From positions 1 through 26,824 of the IMG/VR virus record IMGVR_UViG_3300030330_006100: a DNA stretch of 26,824 nucleotides; one strand, written 5' to 3'. The stretch comes from a virus (Duplodnaviria; Caudoviricetes). The position numbers and the translations under genes were made by a program. A model generated the notes under the pieces. The model did no database searches and was not told the DNA's origin. It saw only the letters and a program-made list of their open reading frames with translations. Positions 1-8,538 of the stretch are shown here, in pieces; the stretch's first letter is position 1; each line of letters opens with the position of its first letter.

Positions 1-912
1 GGTGGCTTGAGGGCTGGAAATATCTACGCGGTTGTAGCAAGACCCGGCCAAGGCAAAACAACTTGGATCAACAACATGGTCGCCAAAACGTCGGAGATAA
101 ATGACATACCTGTTTTGATGCTCGACACAGAAATGTCCACCGTTGACATCCAGTTTCGCGTGGCGTCTTCTGTAACCGATGTTCCAATGTGGTGGCTTGA
201 GACAGGAAACTTCCGCAAAAACGAAGAGCTTAACTCTAAAGTTAGAAACACATTCCAAAAGCTCAACAAAAAAACACAAGTTTATCACGCTTTTATCGGT
301 AACAAAAATATCGACCAAGTTGTATCTTTGGTTAAACGATGGTATCTGCATACAGTTGGCCGTGGTAATCCGTGTATCATCTCGTATGATTATGTAAAGC
401 TAACTGGCGAGAGCGTAAGCAAAAACTGGGCAGAGCATCAAGCTATCGGTGAAAAAATCGATAAGCTCAAAAAACTGTCCGAAGAAATTGATGCGCCCAT
501 TATTACCGCAATGCAGATGAACAGGTCGGGCGAAGCTGGTCGAAATAGCTCTGCGGTTGACGATTCGTCAGCAATCTCTCTGTCCGACAGATTACAATGG
601 TTCGCGAGCTTTGTGGCAATCTTCAGGCAAAAGAGCGTTGACGAACTCGGTAGAGATGGCGAAAACTTCGGGACGCACAAGCTTGTTCCCTTGAAAACTC
701 GATTCCAAGGCCGTGACGCAGCGGGTCATCACGATTTGGTTCGTAGGCCGCTAGAAAATGGATCAGTAGTTTTCGAGAAGAACTATCTAAACTTTACAGT
801 GCAAAACTTCAATGTGGAAGAGCGTGGGTCGTTGCACGATGTAGTTGAAGCTCAACTTGAGCGATTCAACCCTGAAGATGTCAACGAAAACGATGGCGAG
901 GAGTTGATGTAA
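1..912 (+). CDS. dnaB: Replicative DNA helicase, DnaB family (C-terminal RecA-like domain; 5' end lies outside the window)
   Basis: Frame is open from base 1 (GGLRAGN...). Walker A ARPGQGKT, H1a LDTEM, Walker B-like IISYDY, H3 TAMQMNR and Arg-finger region LKTRF. Directly followed by a primase through a TAATG overlap. Confidence 0.93.
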   Translation, partial: GGLRAGNIYAVVARPGQGKTTWINNMVAKTSEINDIPVLMLDTEMSTVDIQFRVASSVTDVPMWWLETGNFRKNEELNSKVRNTFQKLNKKTQVYHAFIGNKNIDQVVSLVKRWYLHTVGRGNPCIISYDYVKLTGESVSKNWAEHQAIGEKIDKLKKLSEEIDAPIITAMQMNRSGEAGRNSSAVDDSSAISLSDRLQWFASFVAIFRQKSVDELGRDGENFGTHKLVPLKTRFQGRDAAGHHDLVRRPLENGSVVFEKNYLNFTVQNFNVEERGSLHDVVEAQLERFNPEDVNENDGEELM

Positions 913-1820
913 TGGAAGTCAGAGAGATACTAGAAAATATTGGATACACCAATATTAAAGAAGACGCGAAAACCTATCGCATGAAGCCTCTGTACAGAGA
1001 TTCAAGCAGCGATACAGTTCTCAGTGTGATGAAAGACACTGGCTCGTTTATTGATTTTAGTAAAAATATTTCTGGTTCTCTAAAAGACTTAATAAAAATG
1101 TCGCTCGATTTCAAAACCGAGGACGAAGCAATACAATGGTTAGAAAAGAATACTGACGGCCTCGTACTAAAGCCAAAACAAGAAAAACCAATAATTAAAG
1201 AAACTAAAATGTTTTCTAAAGACTGTCTTGAGAAGTTAATTAAAGATCATTCTTATTGGAATAATAGAGGAGTTTCTAATCAAACCTTGGAGCTACTTCA
1301 AGGCGGAGTGGTTAAAACAGGAAAAATGAAAGATAGATATGTTTTTCCTATTTTTGATTATCAACAAAATTTAGTTGGAGTATCTGGTCGAGACTTGATA
1401 AACGACCCAGAATCTAAACGGCCAAAATGGAAACACATTGGCGACAAGTCTCAGTGGAAGTATCCGATGCAAGTAAACAATAAGATTATTAGACAATCTA
1501 AAGAAGTTATTGTTGTTGAAAGCATTGGTGACATGCTTGCTTTGTGGGACGCTGGAATACATAACACTGCCGTGGCTTTTGGTTTGCAAGTTGGCTTGGG
1601 TCTGCTAAACTATTTCATTCGCGTCGATGTTGACAAAATCATCCTTGCGTTGAACAACGACGCATCAAATAACAACGCTGGCAACGAAGCGGCTCAAAAA
1701 AATCTAAATAGATTAACGAGATACTTCGACCACGATCAAATACAAATAGCCCTACCCGAACAAGGAGACTTCGGTGACATGTCTCTCGAACAAATACTAA
1801 ACTGGAAATCTAATTTATAA
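912..1820 (+). CDS. dnaG: DnaG-type DNA primase (Toprim domain; degenerate N-terminal zinc-binding domain)
   Basis: DnaG catalytic-core motifs DRYVFPIFD..LVGVSGR and PKWKH, Toprim VIVVESIGDMLAL and ILALNND..AGNEAA, C-terminal LPEQGDFGD. Adjacent to the helicase. Confidence 0.88.
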   Translation: MEVREILENIGYTNIKEDAKTYRMKPLYRDSSSDTVLSVMKDTGSFIDFSKNISGSLKDLIKMSLDFKTEDEAIQWLEKNTDGLVLKPKQEKPIIKETKMFSKDCLEKLIKDHSYWNNRGVSNQTLELLQGGVVKTGKMKDRYVFPIFDYQQNLVGVSGRDLINDPESKRPKWKHIGDKSQWKYPMQVNNKIIRQSKEVIVVESIGDMLALWDAGIHNTAVAFGLQVGLGLLNYFIRVDVDKIILALNNDASNNNAGNEAAQKNLNRLTRYFDHDQIQIALPEQGDFGDMSLEQILNWKSNL

Positions 1821-1822
1821 TT

Positions 1823-2848
1823 ATGAGCGAAGAAAAAATTCTCTCTGCGTCAAGAATCAAGACATTAGAATCTTGCTCTTGGAAATACTGGTGTACCTAT
1901 CACCTCAAACTGCCACGCTCTTCAAATGCTGGAGCGGTCAGAGGAACTGTTTGCCACTTGGTTCTGGAGCTTCTACTAGACGACAGACACAAGCAGTATG
2001 TAAAGACCATAACCGAATCTGGTACTATTGAATCTGTATCATCGATCAAAAAGTTGGTAGAAAAAAACCTAACTAAGCTCGGATACTACAACGAAGAAAA
2101 CTACGAAATGTGCGACGAAATGATTGTCGTCGGTCTGAATTTAGATTTCTTTGGTGGTAAAGGTGCTTCGATTACCGATCCAGAAAAAGAATTTCTACTG
2201 GATACCACAGATGATCCCGACAAGCCGAGTTACAAAATCCTTGGTTACATCGACAAGCCAATCGAATACAAAGATAAAATTCGTATTGTTGACTACAAAT
2301 CCAGTAAAGAAAGATTCACCGAAAAAGAATGCGAATACAATGTTCAAGCATTGGCGTATTTGTTGGCGGCGAAGCAGATTTGGCCAAAGATTAAAGATAC
2401 TTCAATCGAGTTTCAGTTTTTGAGATTTCCAGAAAATCCATCTATTGAAATTAAAGCCAACGAAGAGCAGCTAAAAGGTTTTGAAGAGTATCTCGGATAT
2501 ATTTATAGCATAATAAATAACTACACCGAGACAGACGCGCATTCTAATTTCGCCTCTCGTCAACCTCGTCCAGAAAAAGGCGACGGTTTTAAAGGGCCGT
2601 TGATGTGCGGCTTTGCAAAATATCCGGGTCAACTCAAAAAGAATGGCGATCCAATGTGGCATTGTGAGCACAAGTTTGCCTATGATTATTACGCGCTTGT
2701 TGACAGCAAAGGAGCGGTTCTAAAAACGGCGATGGCCGAAGACGAATTAGATTACTCTAAAGGTAATATCGAGAAACGTCATTACGAAGGCTGCCCAGCG
2801 CATCCCCAAGGTTCAAGCGGTTCCGAAGATGACGGTTTTGGATTTTAA
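1823..2848 (+). CDS. PD-(D/E)XK nuclease, RecB/AddB/Cas4-like exonuclease
   Basis: LSASRI..LESC..KYW start, RGTVCHLVLE, ILGYIDK, IVDYKS and QALAY motifs. Extra Cys residues in the C-terminal part. Confidence 0.85.
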   Translation: MSEEKILSASRIKTLESCSWKYWCTYHLKLPRSSNAGAVRGTVCHLVLELLLDDRHKQYVKTITESGTIESVSSIKKLVEKNLTKLGYYNEENYEMCDEMIVVGLNLDFFGGKGASITDPEKEFLLDTTDDPDKPSYKILGYIDKPIEYKDKIRIVDYKSSKERFTEKECEYNVQALAYLLAAKQIWPKIKDTSIEFQFLRFPENPSIEIKANEEQLKGFEEYLGYIYSIINNYTETDAHSNFASRQPRPEKGDGFKGPLMCGFAKYPGQLKKNGDPMWHCEHKFAYDYYALVDSKGAVLKTAMAEDELDYSKGNIEKRHYEGCPAHPQGSSGSEDDGFGF

Positions 2849-2851
2849 CTC

Positions 2852-2880
2852 TTGACATTTCTTAAAAAACGTGTTACTCT
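2852..2880 (+). promoter_or_regulatory. Sigma70-type promoter with extended -10
   Basis: TTGACA (2852-2857), 17-nt spacer, TG-T-TACTCT (-10 at 2875-2880). ATG follows 8 nt later at 2889. Confidence 0.75.
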
Positions 2881-2888
2881 AATTAAAG

Positions 2889-3647
2889 ATGATACCGCTA
2901 TTTAAATCGCAATACTCGCTCGGCAGAAGCATCTTGACGCTTGATGCTCACGGCACTGGTGTCCAGAATGGTCCAGACTCTATCGTGGACATTGCAGTTG
3001 AGAATAAATTCAACGAAGTATTTTTGGTGGATGATTCTATGACGGGCTTTCTACAAGCCTACAAAAATCTAAAGGATCACAATATCAAATTAATATTTGG
3101 TTTGAGGTTGAGCGTGTGCTCGGACATGCACAACAAATCAGAAGAGGAGTTGGGTAAAACTTCAAAGTCTATCATTTTCGCTAAAAATAAAAGCGGCTAC
3201 GAAAGACTCATCAAAATATCAACTGACGCCGCTCGAAACGGATTCTATTATCAGCCCAGAATCGATTATAAGACGCTCGCATCGTACTGGAGCGAAGACG
3301 ATTTGACGCTCTGCATTCCGTTTTACGATTCATTCCTGCATTATAATACGCTAACGTCTGCCGTGTGTTTGCCCGACTTTAGCTTCACAACGCCGACGAT
3401 GTTCGTAGAGGATAACGATCTTCCATTTGATGATATCATCAGACAAAAGGTTGAGTCTTACGCCGCATCAAACGACCTGAGAGTTGAAAAAGCTAAGAGT
3501 ATTTACTACATCAATAATAAAGACTTCAAAGCTTATTTAACGTTCCGCTGCGTCAACAACAGAAGCACTCTCAATAAACCAAACCTAGAGCACATGTGCA
3601 GCGATAAGTTCAGTTTTGAGAGTTGGAGCATGAACAATGAAAGTTAA
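2889..3647 (+). CDS. Stand-alone PHP domain of DNA polymerase III alpha (N-terminal fragment of a split DnaE)
   Basis: SQYSL, NIKLIFGL and IFAKNKSGYERLIKIST..GFYYQPRID match the DnaE N-terminal PHP region. The downstream DnaE ORF lacks exactly this region. Confidence 0.85.
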   Translation: MIPLFKSQYSLGRSILTLDAHGTGVQNGPDSIVDIAVENKFNEVFLVDDSMTGFLQAYKNLKDHNIKLIFGLRLSVCSDMHNKSEEELGKTSKSIIFAKNKSGYERLIKISTDAARNGFYYQPRIDYKTLASYWSEDDLTLCIPFYDSFLHYNTLTSAVCLPDFSFTTPTMFVEDNDLPFDDIIRQKVESYAASNDLRVEKAKSIYYINNKDFKAYLTFRCVNNRSTLNKPNLEHMCSDKFSFESWSMNNES

Positions 3648-3655
3648 ATTACTCG

Positions 3656-4135
3656 ATGAAAACATTTAAGATAAGCAACGAAACCCTTCAAAGAGTAAAA
3701 GAAAGAGCGGCGAGACTGCCACTATTGAATAATTCTATTCGTAGCGGCAAAGGAAGCATTGTAGCCTACATTGGCGAAGAGGTAGTGAAAAGAGTCCTAA
3801 ATGGAGAGATAAAAGATACCTACGATTACGATATTGTTTATAGCAATAATTTTAAAATTGACGTAAAAACCAAGGAGAGGACTGTTGCTCCTCGAAGCAA
3901 TTACAATTGCACCGTCGCAGATTTTAACACCAAACAAGATTGTGATGAGTACGCTTTTGTTAGCGTCCTTAATGATCACTCTAAGGCTTGGTATTTAGGA
4001 AAAATATCTAAAACAGATTTTTACAAAAAAGCAAAATTTTATAAAGAAGGTGAGCTTGACCCAGACTCACCCCCCAGCAAAAATTTTTACTTTAGAGCAG
4101 ACTGCTACAACATTCCAATTTCAGAATTAAAATAA
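3656..4135 (+). CDS. Small putative PD-(D/E)XK (restriction-endonuclease-like) protein
   Basis: Helix with IGEEVV, then YDYDIV..KIDVKT (D...D-x-K pattern), YAFV and WYLG strands. Confidence 0.55.
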   Translation: MKTFKISNETLQRVKERAARLPLLNNSIRSGKGSIVAYIGEEVVKRVLNGEIKDTYDYDIVYSNNFKIDVKTKERTVAPRSNYNCTVADFNTKQDCDEYAFVSVLNDHSKAWYLGKISKTDFYKKAKFYKEGELDPDSPPSKNFYFRADCYNIPISELK

Positions 4136-5049
4136 TGACTTACAAAGACCCAGAAAAGAGTAAAGCTTACCGAAAGGCTTACCGCGAAAAGAACAAGGAC
4201 AAGATCGCAGCCTACAAAAAAGCTTGGCGCGAAGCCAACAAGGACAAGGTAAACGCTAAGACAAAGGCTTACCGCGAAGCCAACAAGGACAAGATAAGGG
4301 CTTACAAAAAGGCTTACCACGAAGCCAACAAGGACAAGGTAAACGCTAAACATAAGGCTTACCGCGAAACCAACAAGGACAAGATAAAGGCTTACAACAA
4401 AGCTTACCGCGAAGCCAACAAGGACAAGATAAGGGCTTACAAAAAGGCTTACCACGAAGCCAACAAGGACAAGGTAAACGCTAAGACAAAGGCTTACCGC
4501 AAAGCCAACAGTGACAAGATAAAGGCTAGAGACAAAGCTTACCGCGAAGCCAATGCTGACAAGATAAAGGCTTATAAAAAAGCTTACCACGAAACCAACA
4601 AGGACAAGGTAAACGCTAAGACAAAGGCTTACCGCGAAGCCAACAAGGACAAGCTAAAAGCTCAGAGAAAGATTTACTACGAAGCCAACAAGGACAAGAT
4701 AAGGGCTTACACCAAATCTCACTATGAAGCTAACAAGCAAGATTATCTTGCCAGTGGTGCTAAAAGAAGAGCATTAAAGATTCCAGCCCTATTACCCACA
4801 ACAGACAACGAACTAGTCAAAAACATTTACAAACAAGCCAAAGAAATGTCAAAAAGGCGGGGTGAAGAATATCATGTAGACCATATTATCCCGCTGTCTA
4901 TCGGTGGAGCGCACCACCAAGATAACATGAGGGTAATCACGGCTAAAGAAAATCTAGAGAAGCACGACAAATACATCCCCGAACTCGGTGGCATTTGGGC
5001 TGACAACGATTTAGCAAGAGAAACTAAAAAGAAATTAGGAATTAAATAA
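4135..5049 (+). CDS. HNH endonuclease with an N-terminal 15-aa tandem-repeat helical region (probable free-standing homing endonuclease)
   Basis: C-terminal YHVDHIIPL..GGAHHQDNMRVITAKENLEK HNH motif. N-terminal KAYREANKDK-type repeats. TAATG overlaps on both sides. Confidence 0.85.
   Translation: MTYKDPEKSKAYRKAYREKNKDKIAAYKKAWREANKDKVNAKTKAYREANKDKIRAYKKAYHEANKDKVNAKHKAYRETNKDKIKAYNKAYREANKDKIRAYKKAYHEANKDKVNAKTKAYRKANSDKIKARDKAYREANADKIKAYKKAYHETNKDKVNAKTKAYREANKDKLKAQRKIYYEANKDKIRAYTKSHYEANKQDYLASGAKRRALKIPALLPTTDNELVKNIYKQAKEMSKRRGEEYHVDHIIPLSIGGAHHQDNMRVITAKENLEKHDKYIPELGGIWADNDLARETKKKLGIK
4174..4758 (+). repeat. Coding tandem repeat, 45-bp (15-aa) unit, 12 clear copies plus 1 degenerate copy
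   Basis: Units such as KAYREANKDKIRAYK and KAYHEANKDKVNAKT. The DNA core gaagccaacaaggacaag recurs, with variants, every 45 nt. Confidence 0.95.
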
Positions 5050-5687
5050 TGGACGACCACTTACTTAGATTCGACGAAGACAAAACTCTAGTTTTTATTG
5101 ACTGCGAGACTTTGAACCTGTGCTTGAACAAATGCCACAATCTTCCGTGGCAGGTGTCAATGATCAAAGTTCAAGGAAACAAAGAAATCGCTCAAAAAGA
5201 CTTTTTCTTAAAATGGGATACGCATCTGTCAATCAGCGAAGATGCGGCTCGTATCACGCGATACAGTCAATCAAAAATCGATAAACACGGCGTCAAACCA
5301 GAGGAGGTTTTCCCAACAATTCAAGATTGGCTAGACAACGCCGATTATATTGTCGGGCATAATATTCTCGGTTTTGACCTTTATTTAATTAAAGATTTGT
5401 ACGAGCAGTTTGGTGCAGATTACAAACCACTGGTGAGCAAGACAATTGACACAAATTGCCTCGCGAGAGGGGTCAAAATGGGCCTAGAATACCGTTCTAG
5501 CGACGATTTGACCTGCTACCAGTACAAGGTCTACCACACCAAGAAAAAGGGCGTTAAATCGAGCCTGACGGCGTTAGGCAAAGAATACGATATTTCGCAC
5601 GATTACGAGAATCTTCATAATGCTATTGTTGATTTACAGCTAAATATTAAAGTTTGGAATAAATTAAAATGGCAGGTTGAAATTTGA
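5049..5687 (+). CDS. dnaQ: DEDDh 3'-5' exonuclease, DNA polymerase III epsilon-like
   Basis: ExoI VFIDCET, ExoII IVGHNILGFDL, ExoIII LHNAIVD. Lies between the PHP and DnaE genes. Confidence 0.88.
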   Translation: MDDHLLRFDEDKTLVFIDCETLNLCLNKCHNLPWQVSMIKVQGNKEIAQKDFFLKWDTHLSISEDAARITRYSQSKIDKHGVKPEEVFPTIQDWLDNADYIVGHNILGFDLYLIKDLYEQFGADYKPLVSKTIDTNCLARGVKMGLEYRSSDDLTCYQYKVYHTKKKGVKSSLTALGKEYDISHDYENLHNAIVDLQLNIKVWNKLKWQVEI

Positions 5688-5704
5688 TGTTTTTATGTTA
5701 TATT
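5677..5704 (+). promoter_or_regulatory. Sigma70-type promoter with extended -10
   Basis: TTGAAA (5677-5682), 16-nt spacer, TG-T-TATATT (-10 at 5699-5704). ATG follows 5 nt later at 5710. Confidence 0.55.
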
Positions 5705-5709
5705 GTCGT

Positions 5710-5961
5710 ATGTCGATGGATTTCGTTTACGACCTGACAGAAAAGCTAAAAGAGCAAAAAATTGACTTTTTCTTGATTACGATCAGAAAAGGTAAAACAA
5801 AAGATAACGGAGATATTTTTTATTATTTTCAAGACGACGATTCAATAGAGAGTTGTCAGCAGATCATACAAACATTTAAGGAACTAGAACAAGATGAAAA
5901 CGAAAAGCCCAAGAAAAGCCCAAGAAAAAACCGCCGCAAAAAAGACGAAGACGAAGAATAA
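5710..5961 (+). CDS. Small hypothetical protein (83 aa) with a basic/acidic C-terminal tail
   Basis: Fills the gap between dnaQ and dnaE. Start moved from TTG 5677 (which coincides with the -35 box) to ATG 5710, just after the promoter. Confidence 0.65.
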   Translation: MSMDFVYDLTEKLKEQKIDFFLITIRKGKTKDNGDIFYYFQDDDSIESCQQIIQTFKELEQDENEKPKKSPRKNRRKKDEDEE

Positions 5962-8500
5962 TTTTTCTGATAATTTTGATTTTATTGATTTAGACCTTCA
6001 CGGTGTACGACTTCCATCATTCGACATCCCAAATGAAGAAAAGCGCAAAATCAAGGTCAGCGAGGACGTAAACAACTACGATTTCTTACGCGCACTTTGC
6101 CTCGACGGCTTCAACAAACTAGACCTCAAGAAAGACTCTAAAGAATACGAAGAATATGTAAATAGAGTTAAATATGAATTAGAAACTTTAAAAGACTTAG
6201 GTTTTATTGATTATGTTCTTTTGGTTTGGGACGTAATTAACTTCTGCAAGAAAGAGGATATTCCAACTGGTTTGGGTCGTGGTTCTGCTGCGGGGAGTAT
6301 CGTATTGTATCTAATCGGTGTGACCAAAATTGATCCAGTAAAATATGGATTGTATTTTGAGAGATTCGTTTCAAAGATTCGTGCGAAAAAGCAGATCGTA
6401 GACGGAATTACTTATTTGGACGGCTCATTGATGTGCGATGTTGATTTAGATATTTGCTACTACAATCGACAAAAAGTATTACAATATTTAGAAGAAAAGT
6501 TTGAGGGTAAAACGAGTAAAATCTTAACTCTTAACACTCTCAGTACAAAGCTGCTAATCAAAGAGTGCGGCAAAATTATCAACGAAATCGAAGATTCGGA
6601 AATGACTCGCGTTTCGGGGTTGATTCCAAAAATGTTTGGTCAGGTCAAAGACCTTGAGGAATCTTACGATGAAGTAGAAGAGTTTAAAGATTGGTGCGAA
6701 GAAAACCGTGAGGTGTATGACGTAGCGTTGAAGCTTCGCGGTCTAGTAAAGAACAAGGGTGTACATCCATCGGCGGTTGCGATTTCATACAACCAAATGG
6801 ATGAATCATGCCCGACTGAATTAACCTCAGACAAGAAAACCTTCGTGTCGTCGTTCGACATGAACTGGGTATCTGAGTTTAATGTCAAGCTGGACATCCT
6901 TGGGCTACGAAGTGTGTCTGTTGTTGATCAAGCTTGCAAGCTAATCGGAATCAAGGTTGAAGATATTGATGTCAACGATCTAGAAATTTACCGACAGCTT
7001 CAAGACTTAAAAGCCCCTCATGGCTTATTCCAGATCGAAGCGGAGACCAACTACAAAGTTTGTCAAAAGGTTAAACCGATGAATCTGGAGCAGTTGAGTG
7101 CTGTTCTGGCTATCGCTAGACCGGGAGCGTTGTCGTTCATGGATCAATACGCTCGCTACGTTGAAACTGGTGATCCAGAATCAATCCATCCATTCTTCGA
7201 TGACATCCTACAGGAAACGGGTGGCGTAGCTTTGTACCAAGAGCAGTTGATGAAGATGGCTCATAAAATTGGGTTCACTCTCGACGAAGCGGAAATCTTG
7301 CGGCGGATTGTTGGCAAAAAGAAAGTCGAGCAAGTCAGAGAATGGAAGCAAAAGATCGCGGACAAGATCAAAGAAAACAAGCTCGACCCTGAAATTGGCG
7401 ATGTATTATGGAAGATTCTGGAAGACTCTGCCAACTACTCTTTTAACAAGTCGCACTCGATTGCTTATGCCGCATTGGCTGCTGCGACAATTTGGCTGAA
7501 GTTCAAGTATCCAAAAGAGTTCTTCATGAGCTTGTTGCAAATGACTCGCCATGAGCCTGATCCGATTGCGGAGATATCAAAGATTCACAAAGAGTTTAAT
7601 AACTTTGGTTTAACTTTGCATCCTCCGCACATCATCAAATCCAAAATGGACTTCAGCATTGAAGACGATGGGATTCGTTTTGGGCTTTTGTCGATCAAGG
7701 GAATCTCTGAAAAATCGATTGAGAAGCTGAACGACTTCAAAGACGAATACTCTAATAAATTTGAAATCTTTCAAGCCGCAGAAGAAGCCGGAGTTGGAAT
7801 CAGTATTCTGTGTCCATTGATTCAAGCTGGTGCTCTTGAGGGCTTCAAGCAGTCTCGCGCAAAGGTGGCTTACGAAGCTCAATTATGGAGCATTATGACC
7901 AAAAGAGAAAAGCAATTCGCCATCCCAATGGCCGAAGAGTTTGAGTACGATTTGGTCAAAGTCGTCAAGCACCTTAGTCAATCCAAAGACGACAAAAACA
8001 AGCCGATGATCAAAGAGTCCAGAATGGAAACGATCAGTAAAAAGTGCGAAAAGTACAAAGAGGTGTATAATCACAATCGCTCTAACGAAGCGTTCACAAA
8101 CTGGTACTACGAAAAGAACCTGCTTGGATACACATACGGAAAGACATTATTTGACATCTTTTCTCCAGAGCGTAGGGGATTAGCGCACATCGAAACCGTG
8201 AACAACATGAGCGAAAGAGAGCGTTGCGTGTTCGTAGGGCGCGTTGAAGAAGACTCCATCTCTCGCACCTCCAAGAATGGTAATCGCTACGGTAAAGTCC
8301 TTGTTGGCGACGAAACGGCAAGTGTTCGGGTTATGATCTTCAAAGAAAAGCTCGATCAGTGCAAAGAGATGAACGGTGGATTACCCAAGTCGGGAGAGAT
8401 CGTCGTAGTCAAAGGAACCAAGATGGACGAGTGCGTTTTCGCTGACGTTATCTCAGTGCAAGACCGATCCGTAATAAAGTACAATGAGCTAAAAAAATAG
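5894..8500 (+). CDS. dnaE: DNA polymerase III alpha subunit core (DnaE, family C), lacking the PHP domain
   Basis: GRGSAAGS, LYFERF, catalytic CDVDLD and KLDILGL, LFQIE, LYQEQLM, YSFNKSH, IRFGLLSIKGI (HhH) and a C-terminal OB fold. The exact start is uncertain because of a 68-nt overlap with the upstream ORF. Confidence 0.96.
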   Translation: MKTKSPRKAQEKTAAKKTKTKNNFSDNFDFIDLDLHGVRLPSFDIPNEEKRKIKVSEDVNNYDFLRALCLDGFNKLDLKKDSKEYEEYVNRVKYELETLKDLGFIDYVLLVWDVINFCKKEDIPTGLGRGSAAGSIVLYLIGVTKIDPVKYGLYFERFVSKIRAKKQIVDGITYLDGSLMCDVDLDICYYNRQKVLQYLEEKFEGKTSKILTLNTLSTKLLIKECGKIINEIEDSEMTRVSGLIPKMFGQVKDLEESYDEVEEFKDWCEENREVYDVALKLRGLVKNKGVHPSAVAISYNQMDESCPTELTSDKKTFVSSFDMNWVSEFNVKLDILGLRSVSVVDQACKLIGIKVEDIDVNDLEIYRQLQDLKAPHGLFQIEAETNYKVCQKVKPMNLEQLSAVLAIARPGALSFMDQYARYVETGDPESIHPFFDDILQETGGVALYQEQLMKMAHKIGFTLDEAEILRRIVGKKKVEQVREWKQKIADKIKENKLDPEIGDVLWKILEDSANYSFNKSHSIAYAALAAATIWLKFKYPKEFFMSLLQMTRHEPDPIAEISKIHKEFNNFGLTLHPPHIIKSKMDFSIEDDGIRFGLLSIKGISEKSIEKLNDFKDEYSNKFEIFQAAEEAGVGISILCPLIQAGALEGFKQSRAKVAYEAQLWSIMTKREKQFAIPMAEEFEYDLVKVVKHLSQSKDDKNKPMIKESRMETISKKCEKYKEVYNHNRSNEAFTNWYYEKNLLGYTYGKTLFDIFSPERRGLAHIETVNNMSERERCVFVGRVEEDSISRTSKNGNRYGKVLVGDETASVRVMIFKEKLDQCKEMNGGLPKSGEIVVVKGTKMDECVFADVISVQDRSVIKYNELKK

Positions 8501-8529
8501 TTGACTTATAACCAAAAATCTGTTATTAT
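8501..8529 (+). promoter_or_regulatory. Sigma70-type promoter with extended -10
   Basis: TTGACT (8501-8506), 17-nt spacer, TG-T-TATTAT (-10 at 8524-8529). ATG follows 9 nt later at 8539. Confidence 0.78.
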
Positions 8530-8538
8530 ATTTAAACA

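Noticed and set aside
3638-3670. Mini-ORF MKVKLLDENI bridging the PHP gene and the next nuclease
   Set aside because: Only 10 codons with no independent support. It could be chance or a remnant of an insertion junction.
4105-4590. 161-aa hydrophobic minus-strand ORF that looks like a repeat membrane protein
   Set aside because: It is the antisense shadow of the Lys/Ala/Asn-rich 45-bp repeats in the HNH gene, which explains both its hydrophobicity and its lack of stops.
4174-4758. Possible CRISPR array near a Cas4-like nuclease
   Set aside because: The units are contiguous, in-frame, 45-bp coding repeats with no unique spacers. No cas1 or cas2 is present, and Cas4-like nucleases are common stand-alone phage genes.
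5677-5709. TTG start for the small ORF as given in the ORF track
   Set aside because: This stretch is the end of dnaQ plus a promoter matching three others in the window. ATG 5710 fits better.
2889-8500. Split intein or group I intron joining PHP and DnaE
   Set aside because: No intein N-terminal (C/S) block or C-terminal HN motif at the breaks. The intervening DNA is fully occupied by coupled ORFs, including dnaQ, leaving no room for an intron core.
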